Shown: positions 45,436-59,108, counted from the stretch's first letter. The stretch: 64,000 nt of DNA from Azolla caroliniana (GCA_043228905.1 JBHGNT010000007.1:1984001-2048000); one strand, 5' to 3'. Translations and numbers: made by a program. Notes: generated from the sequence alone by a model not told the origin.

Positions 45436-48228
45436 ATGAACGTTATCCATGGAAAGGCGGCATTAGAGGGAGGATAATGTCATAGACAAGATGCCACATG
45501 GAATTGTGGGGGTTGAACCCATGACCTTCTGGTCTTATTGGACAACCTTACCAGTTGAGCTACATCCATCTATGCATTATTGTAGATTGATCACTAGAAC
45601 TTTCAAGAAACTTCTAGACAATGCATCTTCATGCACTCTCTAGAAGTTCTCTAGCTTTCATGCATACCTCCACATTCTTGTATAAATACTCGGGTGCACC
45701 TTGATTACAATCAAGGTGAACAACACCAATTACGAAAGCATAATTCAATTCTTGTTCTTTTATCTATTTTCTCTCTCTCTTGCTTGTTCTCTTGTCTATG
45801 CTCTCTCTCCCGCTATCTATTAGTATTGAGCCTCGTCTACTTGTCCCTGATAGTCTTGTTCTCTTGCTTATGCTCTCGCTCTCTCTTATTATTTAGCCTC
45901 AACCACCCGTTCGTGGCAACGAGGAAGAGGGGTGTCGGAAGAAGAGAAGTAAGTTGGCTTCAACAAGCCAACAACTCACAAATTACGCCACCAACTCCGA
46001 ATACGACGGCTACGGTGGGCTATTTGTAATGAGACATAGAGTGAACTCTATGACGGTCTCCGACTCCACAAGCACCTCCAACTCGGAAGACGTGTGGTTC
46101 ATCGACTTTGGCGCCTCAAATCATATGACATCACACCAAGAGTGGTTTCATGACCTAAGAAAACCGGATCGACCCGGCTACATAGAGATGTGAGACAACA
46201 CCACACATCCCATTCGGCATATCAGCAATGTCCCATTCAGGAAAGAAGGCGAACAAACTTGCATCAAGAATGTCTTGCACGTGCCCACAATAACAAAGAA
46301 TTTGGTCTCGGTCGGCCAAATCGTGGAGCAAGGCATGCAAGTTCGTTTCAACAAAGAAGGATGTTTCATCGAGAAAGATGGCTGACTCATAGCTAAAGGA
46401 CGGAGAGATGGTCGAATGTTCATTCTCGATTCAAACGAGGTGAAATCGGCCATGTATGCCAAAGGTCTCAAATTTGAGACAAGCATCGAGTTGTGGCACA
46501 AGAGAATCGGCCACATAAACCTCCAACGTCTCCGAGTGATGCAATCAAAGGCGGTCGTCATCTGACTTCTGGCATTCGAGTTGAAACGAGTCAACCGAGT
46601 GTGCGAAGCGTGTCAACTCGGCAAACAACATCAACTCCCATTCTCGAAAGAGAGCTACGTAAGCAAAGGCCTCCTCGACTCGACGTCATACATTCGGATG
46701 TATGGGGACCGGCTCAAACTCCGACGATTGACGAATGTCGATTCTACGTCACCTTCACTGACGATAACTCCCGCTACACGTGGATCTTCCCGATGAAGAA
46801 GAAGAGTGAAGTGCTCTCCCACTTTTGAAAGCTCAAGAACCAAGTCGAAAACGAAACCAGTCGGCACAATCGATGCCTACAATCGAATGGAGGAAAGGAG
46901 TACTTCTCCGACGAATTCATCTCCTACCTCTAAGGTGAAGGCATTCGTAGAGAATTCTCATGTTGACGCACACCCCAACAAAATGGAGTAGTTGAAAGGA
47001 AGAATCGGCACATACTCGAGGTAGCATGCACCATGATGCATGAGAAGCACATGTTGAACTTCTATTGGGCCAAAGCGGCATCCACGGCCGTCTATCTCAT
47101 GAATCGATGCACCATTAACGGAGTGCATGAGCTAACTCCATACGAGCTCTTTATCAGGAGGAAGCCGATCCTGTCGCACCTCAAAGTGTTCGGAAGCATT
47201 GTGAATGTATGCATCCCGAACAAAAACCAATAGAAGCCCAACGCGAAGTCGGAGAAATGTATCCTCGTAGGATACTCGTCCGAGAAGAAGGCATACAAGT
47301 GCTTCGACCCGAGCGGTTCGGGTGAGTCGAGACGTAGTCTTCAATGAATCGGCATCTTGGTATAAGCCCGATTCGGCTCCACCCGGCTCGACCGAGGAAG
47401 AGTTGAACGTCAACTCGGATGACGATCTTCGGCCAAGCCTTTCACCAAAGGACCATCCAAGCTCTACCGAGCTAAGTGGACCACCCGAGCCTTCAAGCCT
47501 TTCAAGCGCGTCTCAACTAGGGGCTATATCGGACAAAGGGAAAGGTAAAATGCCCGAATACGAAGTCAACCACCCCGACAACAGTGATTCAGATGTGTCG
47601 GCTCCCTCACTAGACAGTGAGTTTGGTGTACCCATCATTCGAACACCTGGAGTAAAGAAGGCGCTCACATTGGCGAGCGAAAAACTTCGACGCTCATCTA
47701 GAGAGAAGAACCTCGTCACTCGGCTCAGCTACAACGAGTATATGGCCCATCATTATGCCTTCGCGATGAAGGTAGCAGCCGAACAAGAGCTCGAGCACTC
47801 TACCGAAGCGGCTCGTGACCCACGATGGGTGGAAGCAGTCGGCCTTCGCCCATTTCACACTACAAGCCTTCGTCACCAGCTTGAGGAGGAGGAACCGAGA
47901 CTGCCTCGAAAAGGCCGAAGAAAACCGAAGGCCGGAGGGAAGCCGACAAAAGCCAAAGCGGACGTCGGACGCCTCACACTTGAGCTTTAGGGGACGTGTT
48001 GAGATATCGAGCTCAACTAGATTTATTTAGTAAGGCAACACACATAACTTAGTAGTTACCTAGATAGAATCTAGTTAGTGTGTTGACCTTAAAGCCTTAA
48101 ATAGGATTTTGTACTTGAGTGGGATACATTGTGGATCCTCCACTCCCATGTTAATTTAATATAGGACTTACACCTTTGTACCTATATTCTACTCACACAT
48201 GTGCACCTTTGCACATGAGATGTATTAA

Positions 48229-48963
48229 CATAGATTGATCCATGCGTAATATTCGTGGTATTCTACATCCGCAATATTCGCTATATTCGAGAATATAAAA
48301 CGGCCCCAAGAATATTATAAAACCATTCGTTTAGATGTATACATACATACATACATATATGATATATACATATATGTGTATACACACATATCACTCATAT
48401 ATGTATATACACAAATACATCAATAATTAATTAACTGACTAATATAATAATTAATTAGTTCACTAATACATTAATTTACTAATGCATTAATTGATTCACT
48501 AATACATTAATTAATTTACTAATACATATCTTAATTCATTCAAAAATATGAGTTATTAAGTTAATTAATTAATAATCAATTAATTAGGGCTTCTACTAAA
48601 CTTAGGGTTTCAGTGAGAGCCTGAGTTGAGGACGTAGGGTTTTAGTGAGAACAGGATGTAGGATTAAAATAGAGCATGAGAGGGAGTTGAGGACGTGGGC
48701 TCAAAAGAAAGTACTACTGTCTAAATTAGGTTTATGACAGAAATTAGGGTTTTCAGCTGAAACCCTAATTTTCTAGCCGAGAACAAGATGCAGAGGAAAG
48801 CAAGGGTGGACAGGGAGTAGGGTGAGGCTTCCTCGCTCGCTCACGAAGAAAAACTGTTTTTTATTTTTTATTTAAAAAATTCAAAAAAAAAACGAATATA
48901 TTTATATGTATTCGTATGGATTCGTGGGGTAAGGCCCCACGAATGCGAATATTTCAATCTATG
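48229..48963. mobile_element. hAT-type MITE (CATAGATT family) in the G2 3' LTR
   Basis: TIRs CATAGATTGA...TCAATCTATG; absent from the G2 5' LTR; imperfect TSD (GATGTATTAA / GATGTATA). Confidence 0.88.
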
Positions 48964-51353
48964 GATGTATATATACCTCATTGTGGGTATTTTTGTATTT
49001 AATGATGCTTTTTAATATAGTTAATCATCCCCCATTTATATTAATAAGTGTAACTTCCTCTCACACACATACCACATAATCTTCCATTGCTTAACTTAAT
49101 CACATAATTAGGTACTAATTAGCTCGTAGTTAATTACCTAATCCTTAACACCCCTCATAAGGGCTCTCCTAGAGAAGGCGTTCATTTGCTTGTGGAAACC
49201 ACAAATTTGCTCTCTCGTGCTCAACACAAGAGATGCTCCTTGTAATTCCTACCCAACCAGATTTTTCCACACACGCTTCAACAGTCTCTAAAGTTCCCCC
49301 CCCCTTCTCCACGTACATTGAATACATGCAAACACAAACATAAGCACACACATTTGCACAAAGACACACACACAAATACAAGGTGCATACATATGCACAA
49401 AATACACAAATAAACTACTCATGCATACAATCAATCACATGCACCAATATATGCACACACAAACATGTGCACACTCACACAATAAAATATACAAATAATC
49501 TACACATGTTTTTTGGAATATTATTATTATTATTATTATTATTATTATGAATCTACACATGCACCAATATATTCACACACAAACATGTTCAAAGTCACAC
49601 AAAAGGCATGCACCCAAATAGTTATATAAAATAGAGCATATACTACCAAAAGGGTAATCATTTACGGGCACTCAATTCTACACTTCGACACACACTTGGT
49701 TTTCTATACAAAAAATCATGAAAGCAACAAAATGAAAGGGGAAAGACCTAACACTATGTGCCCCCACATATAGGATGGGAAATTTTTGGGTGCACTCAAA
49801 CATACAACTTTGATAATCTTTAAAGCCACAATCTTCAATCCCATCTTCCCTGATTCAAGACCCTAATGGTCCGACTCAAACCTCACATTCATGCATGGAT
49901 TTCTGTGACACCAGATAATATGACCCACTAAACCCATAGACAACCAAATTTGTTAGAGATTCTTATCAAATTGAGTCAAGAAGGCATCCAAAGCCCAACG
50001 TGAGTTTTGCTAAATTTGTTGTTGGTTTTCAGAGTTGCTAGATATATATATCTCTATAAGGTTAGCCTTGTGAATCTTAATGGCTGAACTTTGATGTATT
50101 TTGTTTGCAACTAATGTGAAGCAGTGTTTTTTTGGGAAAAAAAGAAGGCATCCGAAGCTATTTTAAGTGTTGAATTCAAGACAATAGACAATAGTATACT
50201 AAATCAAACAATCGGAACTTTCTTTCAAAATTATTTGAAAAAAAGTGTGTTTTCCATATAATAATTTGGAAACTTTTTCCCAAGTATTTCTTGCTCACTT
50301 ACAAGTGCTACAGAAATATTCAAAATAAAAGGAAGAAAATCGAAAAGTGGCCATGTTTTTATTAATTGTAACATTTGAAGAATACTTCTGAGATACAAAC
50401 AAAATGAAAGGGCTTCTCAAGTGTTAGGCTTGGCATGCCCACTTCAATTTAAATATGAGCTGAGTATACATTTAATATATCGATAGAATAACCCTTGATA
50501 TTGTCTCAAAAAAACAAAAAGGCTTGAGAAGTTGAATATTGTAAAATGTGAATGATATCTCTACTTGTAAATTGTCCCCGGATTTTGGGAGTTAGAGAGG
50601 ATTTTGTTTGTATATAACCATGATGCCATAGATAATAATAGAGAAACTAGAATAGATTAGTCGTATCCAAATACAATGTGCTATAACTTCAATTTTCTTG
50701 CTGTCAAATTTGTTCCAAATCATGCGACATATTGCTTGGAACCATTGATTGCTATGCTTGTGGAAGTATATGAAAGATGCATTGACTTTTTTTTTTAATG
50801 AGTATAGTAATGAGGCATATATAGTTTGAAGGATTTATTTACTTGGTCATGGTACCAATGGTAGAAAAAGAAACAAAATTGTGATTGTATCACTTCGAGT
50901 CGAATATGAATCGATCAAGCTCACGACTAAGACTTCTCAAGATCCATATCAAACTGCTACCTTTGGCTCTTGTAGATCAACTAGCGTAAACATTTATATG
51001 GGAAATAGATTGACTCTACTCTTTGTAGTTCCATTAATGTTGTCAACCCAAAATTCCTCTATATTATATTTATAATAATAACTTTATTAGATAGATAACC
51101 TAATTGGATTTTATTACAATAAACCATTTGAATATATGTTTAATATTATTGAATTTTATTAATGTTTGTACATTGACAATTAATCAATTAATAAGATTAA
51201 AGTTTAAGAAAAAATTGATCGATTCATTGTTTTGACAATTAACATAAACAAAAAGAATCAATAGGTTCATGTTTGTAGAAATTCGAACTCTCTTGGATTT
51301 GACATTTGACTCTTCGAGTTACAAGCATAGCAATTAACACCTACATCTACAAG

Positions 51354-51584
51354 CATAGTATGAACCATACGTGCATTCGAATTCGAGTATGGTAAACACC
51401 CTCAAAGTATGATAAATACCATACTTTTGTATTCATTATTTACTATAAGGTAAAACTTTTTTTAAGGTAAAGAACTGAGAAAAAAAAATAAAAACATCAA
51501 AAAAAACATAACTATGTTTTCGTAACATACACATTCGTTTGCAAACGAATGTTTGCGTAGAGAATGCGAATATTACGTTCTATG
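51354..51584 (+). mobile_element. hAT-type MITE (CATAGTA family, 231 bp)
   Basis: CATAG...CTATG ends; perfect 8-bp TSD TCTACAAG. Confidence 0.9.
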
Positions 51585-53910
51585 TCTACAAGCATAACAA
51601 TCAAGCAAGCATTAAATACATTGTCAATGACATAACATAAGTCAATTTATAAAAATGATGATCAATACTAGTAAAGTAAAATATATGTAATGAAATCTAT
51701 TAACAAAGATAGCATTTAAAGAATTATTGAAGTTTGCATTCAATAGACTTATTCATCCCATTTCCACAAAGCATTATTCTTATAATCAAATTCAATAGAG
51801 AACTGGTATTATATTTAAATTCAATAAGAGTATACAATGTGCATAGGATGAAGGGCTAATTTCAAATATGTCAAGCAAAAGTAAACTTCAACGGAATCTG
51901 CAACCTATGAACATGAATATATCATGGATGTTGATGAACATGCAATGAAATTTCTGCCCATAATGCATAGATCTAGGGGAACTTGAGTTCACAAATCAAG
52001 GGTCATGAACCCAAGCCGAGGGCTTGGAGAAAGCAAGGAATATTGAACATCAATGTACAAAAAACTATGCGTGGTTATTGTATACACACATCAAATCAGC
52101 CATGACGAGAGTACCTGGGAATCGGTTGGTATATCCAACACAACTTTTGTATTTCTTATGATTTTATAATACAAGGGCGTATCTTTTTGTCAAACAAAAA
52201 GAAGAAGTAAACTTCAACGATGTGCACATGGCGATATAACTCTATAGACTCAATATTACCCATGAAACAAGGGGCATGAAAGTGTCATAAATCGACATTT
52301 GAATTCCTCGATAACTTCAATCCATGATGACTGATGCTATCAAACCATTCTACTACATCTTTACATAGATGCATGTACCATGTATGCCCCAACCCATGAT
52401 TGAGGTACGCACATACTTTAATTAAAAGGCTTAAAGGAAACATCTCATTTATAAAGGAAAACAAAAGCTAATATATTTTACTAGATCTTCAAACGAAGAT
52501 GAATTGGGAATTTGGATGGTTTTTAAACAGATTTTGATGGCAACGAGATATTTCATGTTTTGAAAGACCATGGTGATATTATTATTAAATAGAAAATGAG
52601 ATGATTTCCATGTATACGTAGCTCATAGTTTGAAATTTGGTAAAATATGCATAACATTATGGAGAGGATCTCTCGCTCTCTCTAGCATTTCCACCTTGAG
52701 GATATTAAACATTAAGAAAAATTAATTTGAATCAAGGTGCTAGAGAGTTGGTGATATAATGAATCTATGACAACCAAACTAATAGCATCAATTGTATAGG
52801 ATTGTCACACCATATGGATGTAGAACATGTGTGATAACCATATAGTTGTTGCAAACTAGGACAAACCTAGGGTGGTTAAAAAGTAGTTATCATAAATGTA
52901 TTGTTACATGCTAAGAGCATATTGAAACCTTGTCATTTGTTATTAAAAGATTTCGAGATGCAATTCATGTTGATCTCATCACTAGAGCCACTTAAGAGGA
53001 TGGTGCCTATTATTTTAAAATGCAAAATTTCATGATTACGAAATAAATTGTGTTTATTCTTAAGAAAAAGTAAGTAATTGCTCTATTAGAAATTGTCCAA
53101 TAATTATTATTAAAATTTAAAAACAACTAACGTTTTATGTTATTAAAAAGAGACACTGGCTATTTCATTGTTCCTACATAGTGGGTTACCTTACAAGGAT
53201 TAGTCGTTACCTTCATTCCACTCTCTATTTGGTACATTAATATGCATATTGTCAATGTGCTTACAAATAAGAGGTAGTGTATTGGAATGTGTTAGGCATT
53301 TCCAATATTGCTGGATTCAAAGGGTATACTCCCAATATGGTACACACAAGGTACAATGTCCCTAAAAGTAAATATGGAAGAGTTGCCTTTGTATGCCACA
53401 AAAGCCATTTTAGATGTCGCATAATTTATTGGTTATAGATTTATTGGTGTATCTTAACCAAATTCTAGATCTCAAAGGTAAACATAATGACACTATAAAA
53501 TAGATGTGTTGGCTCTTTGTAGCAATAGAGTTGCTTTTTTCGATCTCAAACAATGAATTTTTTGTTTCCACAACAATATTTTGGCCCATATAATTTGGCT
53601 TAGCATCAACATTGGCATTCACATAGACATTTTCCACAATACAAAGTGTGTTACGTGTAAACCAAAAATTGTGTTGCCCTTTAAAAACAATGTTGGAATG
53701 AGAGGGATGATTTGTATATGCATGAGTTCATGGGGACACGTATGATTAAATGGGTCATATATCTACATGCAGGATCATGGATGGGGACCATATGGATCAT
53801 GCAAGATAATGGATGGAAATAACATCAATTATGTTCATCATGCATGATCATGGCCACATAAGGAATCATGCATTACCATACATGGCATTGTGTATTAATC
53901 GTACATAACC

Positions 53911-54117
53911 CTATATGACATAACGCAACTGAACAAAAGTGTGCCAAAATTTTGACATTTTACTTGCTACTTTATTGAAATAAAATAAACCTACATGCCA
54001 TACCTTGAAGTCAATAACAGTATTGTGATGGTATACCATCGCTTTAACCTTGTGGGTACCATCTATTAAAATACAAGAATTGGATGCACATGCCATGAAA
54101 GAAAGAGTTTGCCTCAC
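53911..54117 (-). pseudogene. Possible highly decayed Mutator-like transposase fragment
   Basis: Only the motif CILIDGTHKV resembles the MULE first-Asp region; no TIRs identified. Confidence 0.25.
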
Positions 54118-55587
54118 AAAATCAACAGTATAATGTATTATTACCCACTGAAAAACTCTTCAAAATCACATGGACATTCACTTTATACGTGATAACGATA
54201 GGTTTGATAGCATACTTCTTTTAAACACGTGTCTAGAATTTGAACATCACCTCCATTTTCACTTTTTATGAGATGATAACATGTGTTTCTTTTTTAAATC
54301 TCCCTCTTTAAACTGGGAGTGCATTGTAAGGTCTAGGATGGCACATTGCTATTACCTTCTACACAATAGAGCCATTTTCTTTACTCGAATTAAAGAGATG
54401 CTTTGAGCATAGGGTTTTTTGTTTAGTGTCATTCACAATATAGCAACTCTCATTCATCAATAGTCAATTACTAATTCCTTATTGTATGTGTTTTATTCAT
54501 AATTCATCAATACATTAACAAATAAGAGCTAGTGCACGTCATCGTGCTTTGCATGAAGATAATAATATTAATATAGATCGAAGAAATGCATGGATGATAT
54601 TCTTTCACTATTCAAACACATTATGTGGCAAATTCAAAAACTATTGTTGAGTTTGGCTTTTTTTTATGCTTCCCACATGTCAAGCATCCAACATCTAAGT
54701 GTGACATCAAAGTGTTGACAATCCCATGGTTATCTCCATGTTAGGCTGATTTAATATATATTTTGCATTACCAACATTGACCTCTAAAAATTTCCATGTA
54801 TCCACACAATATCCAACACTACAAATGTCCTCATCATACCCCCATTAGTCACAACCGAAAGCTTTATATATTATGACACTTGTATCCGAAAGCTTGATCC
54901 AATTCAGTTTCACAACACCAAGTGACTAATAAATTAATGCACCAACCAATACCAAAATTCGTTATTTTTTTGGTGAACAAATTGAAGCTAACTTTCTACG
55001 GATAAATAATCAATTTGACTAAAATACAAAGTTCATGGAAATCAACGATTAACTGTGACATCTTGAGGTTCGCTAGGGTTCATGCTTGTGTATTGCGAAA
55101 CATTTCAATAAGCCTGGCACATTCTAATGCTAGTCCCCATGTTACTTGCTGGCCATCTAATTCTGCAAGGTATATGCAAGACATTTCATTGACCACAACA
55201 CCACATCCATTTCTACTTGGAAGTGGTTCCAATACACAATGTGAGGTGATCTTAGATTATGTGAGGATTTCGATGCTTTTCAAAAGTAGAGTCAGATCCT
55301 AACCCTCATTATGACAGCAGCATATATGACACAAGCGCAATTATCAAAAGAAACTCGGTTACTAGTTATAAATCAGAGCACCGCCATATAACAAATTTGA
55401 CAAAAGGTTGTGTTTTTTGTTCCCAACAAACATATTCATGTAACTTGGTTAATGAGTTAGAAGAAAGTTTCAACGATCATGACCAGCATCGAATTTCAAT
55501 CATGTCAATATCATTAAAGCTCTTAAAGGTAGCCCAAACCTTTACAAAAAATAATAACGAATTTAACATATGGTGAAAATAAAAGAT

Positions 55588-57158
55588 TCAATTCTTGGGG
55601 AAGAACTTGAGGCCCCAAAAGACATCCTCACAATGCTTGACATACAGCAAGATTTCACTAGTGTCACCTCCTTGATTGCTATCACAATTAAAATAAGGTG
55701 GGGCATGAAAGCAAGGGTCCATGGAAAGAGCTCGGGAACACAATGGGCGTGATGTGGCATCATTGACATGATCTAGCATCAATGGCTTAATACCCGCCAA
55801 CCCTGCAGCCACATACCCAAATGTGGACTGTGGGGTAGTGATCAATTCATCACATAATGAGAGCAACCACATCTCGGCCAAAGCTTGAGCATTGTGGCCA
55901 TGATTTCCTGTGTTTTGATACACTTCATGGCTAGGTTGATAAAACCTCACTGCCATTTCGGTCGGGTTATCGGCGTAAAATGACGAGATTTGGTTGTAAT
56001 AATCAGGTAACAGAGACGTGATTAACACAGATGTGATGGCATTAGCAGTGGCATTGCCATTATTGTCAGAAGTGTGGGAAAAGGTTGGCCGCTTGTGATA
56101 CTCTTTCTTGGTGTGGATCTTGGGCAGCAAGTTGTACTCAGCGGCACAAGCCAGAATTTGCCCGGCCAAATGTGGATCAGCCACGGGTGGGAACGCGAAT
56201 GTCCGGATTTGGATGCCCACCTTATGAGAGGATTTGGACATGTACTCATCGTAGACTTGCATGACTCGTCTCCAGATAGCATCGGTTGGGAAGAACAAGT
56301 ATCGTCCGATGTGATGAAAGGCATAGTCGATATCAGGGAAGAGGAGGCCAAGCTCCTCTCGGAAGGATGGAATGAAGAGAGGCAATGACGGTAGGAAGTA
56401 GAGGTTTGTTCGAATGAAGATCCATGGGATAGTGCCCAATGTCCGATGCTCGTCGTCACAAAAGAAGAGCTTGTCATAGAAGTTGTAGTCATGCACAAGG
56501 TGGATATAGGAAAAGACCCTAAATGGCCTCAATACCATCATAATATCATTTGAGATGGGCAACCATTTTGATGTGTTCACCTTCTCTGTTTCGGGTGGAA
56601 CTCGTATGGATGGCGAGATAACAGAACTTCTTTCAAGATGAAAGCCGAACCTATACGGTGACGATTCATTGAAAGATGATGAAACTGTGTTGAGATATGA
56701 GGGTAAGATCCATGATGTGTTATTTCCAGGGAAAGGCTCACATAACAGTTCTTCTATGTCTGCCGTGCCATCGAGAAGAAGGACTCGATCAGTGAGAAGC
56801 GCATATACAAATGTCGAGGCTATGGATATCAATCTATTTCCCAATCCACTGTCCGCGATCCACACAATGTACTTACATTCCTCTGAATCTTCTCTTTCCT
56901 TCTCTTCTCCATCTCTGTTGTCTGTTTCGATCGCTTTTGTAAGCAAATGCGCACTCTTGTTAAAAGCCATTGAACCAGGGCCACACCTCCTATGCAAAGC
57001 TTCATACTTCCTTAGCTTCTTCAAAAGATAGCTTGATGGAGAATGTGAAGATTTTGATCTATACTTGTGGATTAGGCCCCTGCTCTTGCATTGAAGAGTG
57101 TCGGAGTCTTCTGATAAGAGGCCTCCAAGTGTGAAAGCACTCGAATAATGGAGATTTC
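55588..57158 (-). CDS. FUT: GT37 xyloglucan/galactoside 2-alpha-L-fucosyltransferase-like, exon 2 (catalytic domain)
   Basis: LGGLL...CKSR...PSSYLLKKLRKYEALHRRCGPG, GLGNRLISIASTFVYALLTDRVLL, CEPFP, HHIGRYLFFPT, VGIQIR, QPSHE, ALAEMWLLS, STFGYVA, SMDPCFHAPP, VKHCED..WGLK. Acceptor TGCAG at 57159. Confidence 0.95.
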
Positions 57159-57460
57159 CTGCATTACATGAATAGATCCAAGCTTCAATGAGAGTCCTTC
57201 AAATCTATCTGCTAGCCTCTAGAAGGCCTAATCTACAAGACCCAAAGGTATTTCCTTAGAATCATCCAATGTTTCTCTAGGAGCCTCCATATACCAAAAA
57301 ATTAAATCAGGGTATATCTAGAAACTTCGAGAACACCCAGTGTTAGGGTTTCCGAAGGCAGTCGACAATGAGGTACCTACGGAAACTTCTAGAAGAAAGA
57401 ACCAAGAGGGATACAATAAGGCATAGAAGAAAAGGAAAGCCAAGAATCAGAGAGACTCAC

Positions 57461-57785
57461 CTTGGTAAGAAGGAGAGGTGAATAAGACGAGAGTCGAGGA
57501 TAGGTAAGGTAAGAAGAGGAACGCTGCCACAAAAGCCAGCAACAGCAGGAACCAGAAGCGAGTGGAGGAGGGATAGTACCGGAAATGGCCATGGCGAAGC
57601 TTACTCTGTTCCTGTTCTCCGGGGTCTTTACACAGGGGATCACTGTGGAATCCATGGGGATAGGGATGATCGAAATGGTCTAGATTGGGGAGGAAGATGG
57701 AGCTGGGGAATGGGTTGTTCTTTCTGGGCCTCGCCATAGTTTCTTCACCGTCATGGCCATCGCTCGGATTTGAACTCGCGCTCAT
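57461..57785 (-). CDS. FUT: GT37 fucosyltransferase exon 1 (cytoplasmic tail and type II transmembrane anchor)
   Basis: ATG at 57785; TM segment FWFLLLLAFVAAFLFLPYL; donor AAG|GTGAGT. The 302-bp phase-1 intron 57460-57159 joins in frame to give 631 aa. Confidence 0.88.
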
Positions 57786-57786
57786 T

Positions 57787-57789
<3 letters not shown>

Positions 57790-57830
<41 letters not shown>

Positions 57831-57966
57831 TCTTTTTTCTTTTTGCTTTTCTGTCCTTCTTCTTCCTGTGTCAGAATTTTTCTGACCTTTCTTCTATTTG
57901 TTTTTCTTCTCTCTGTTTCCTCCATTTGTTTTTTTGGGGGGGGGCTCCTAATATAGTATATATATA
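57790..57966 (-). promoter_or_regulatory. FUT proximal promoter / 5' UTR: TATA-like box and (GA)n tract
   Basis: TATATATATA at 57957-57966; (GA)~19 at 57790-57828, just before the ATG. Confidence 0.55.
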
Positions 57967-58183
57967 GTCCTCCCATGTGTCTGTTTCACACTTGCCCCAA
58001 TGTCCACACAACCACTTTGTGTCCATTCCCTTCCATCCTGTGTCTCGTACCCTGGACCGTCCGTCATCTTTGTCTCGTACCTTCGACCCCCCCACCCACA
58101 CTGACCTGCAAGCATGTGTCTTGTATCCTAAGCCTCTTTACCCCCATCTGTCAGGCTTAACAACTCTGCTTGATTATCTAAAG

Positions 58184-58387
58184 CTAGTTTGAACCATACG
58201 TGCATTCGCGTAAGAAAAACACCCTCAAAGAATGATAAATACCATACTTTTGGATTAATTATTTATTATGATGTAAATAAGCCTAAAAATGGCAACAACA
58301 CAAGAATGTTTGAATAACATTTGCATTCGTTTTCCAACGTAGGAAAACGAATGTTATGCTAGACGAACACAAATTTTATGTACTATG
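58184..58387 (+). mobile_element. hAT-type MITE (CATAGTA family)
   Basis: Perfect 8-bp TSD ATCTAAAG; left TIR lacks one base (CTAG); homologous to 51354-51584. Confidence 0.87.
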
Positions 58388-58551
58388 ATCTAAAGCCAAA
58401 TATATCTATCTCGACCTTCCTCTTCTAAACCCCAACAGAGCCAACTCCACATACCAACATACAAGGTCTTGTAATTTGAACCTCCTCTCTAGCCACTCAC
58501 AATGAGTCTACCAAGCATGGGTATCAAGAACTCCTTTTTCATTATTGAATC

Positions 58552-58803
58552 CATAGTACGTTTGAAAACGAATGTGAATGTTATTCAAACATTCTTGTGT
58601 TTTTTTTGTGTTTTTTTCCCTTTTTTTAAGGTTTTTCTTTTTGTTTTTTTCCTTTTTTTAGGTTTATTTATCTCATAACAAATAGTTAATCCAAAAGTAT
58701 GGTATTTATCGTTCTTTGAGAGTGTTTTCCATACTCGAATTATTGAAACATTTGCGGGTGCGAATGCACGTATGGTACGTATGGTACGTATGGTCATACT
58801 ATG
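58552..58803 (-). mobile_element. hAT-type MITE (CATAGTA family), inverted
   Basis: CATAGTA...TACTATG ends; perfect 8-bp TSD ATTGAATC. Confidence 0.9.
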
Positions 58804-59108
58804 ATTGAATCCTCTGATTTTATCGAGCATCGTCCACTTTGTGGAACAAAGTAACAAATCCATATGTTTGAGACTAGCTACAAACTCTTTTTTTCGTTTT
58901 TCCAAATAAAGGGATTAGTAGTTGCAAATGACCGAATTCTAGAAGATCTGTCATGATGAAATATGTTAGGCCAAGCGTACTTGAGGGATCATTATCATAG
59001 AGATTTTAAGCACACATTGATCATCCACGATTGAACAAGCAAATTACTATGCCCAAATAAACTAACATCTATTTGAATACTTATTTGTTTCAAATGAGTA
59101 TCCAATAA

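Larger units (their letters stand above)
40957..45918 (+). mobile_element. H2: near full-length degenerate Tcn1-like chromovirus inserted in the G2 gag zinc knuckle
   Basis: LTRs 40957-41427 and 45478-45918; gag PDKFDDTR; [23 protein letters not shown] and YLDD; RH ETDASDFAIG; IN SDRGPQF; PPT; degenerate TSD ACAAT/ACGAG. Confidence 0.92.
39568..49150 (+). mobile_element. G2: Ty1/Copia with both LTRs, RT/RH deleted, hosting H2 and a MITE
   Basis: LTRs 39568-39997 and 47997-49150; perfect 5-bp TSD CCCCT; PBS TGGTATCAGAGC 39998-40009; gag, PR (WFIDFGASNHM) and IN present; the ORF jumps at ~47838 to the 3' end. Confidence 0.93.

Noticed and set aside
51270-51345. Possible SINE B-box (AGTTCGAAT on the minus strand)
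   Set aside because: No convincing A box, tail or TSD.
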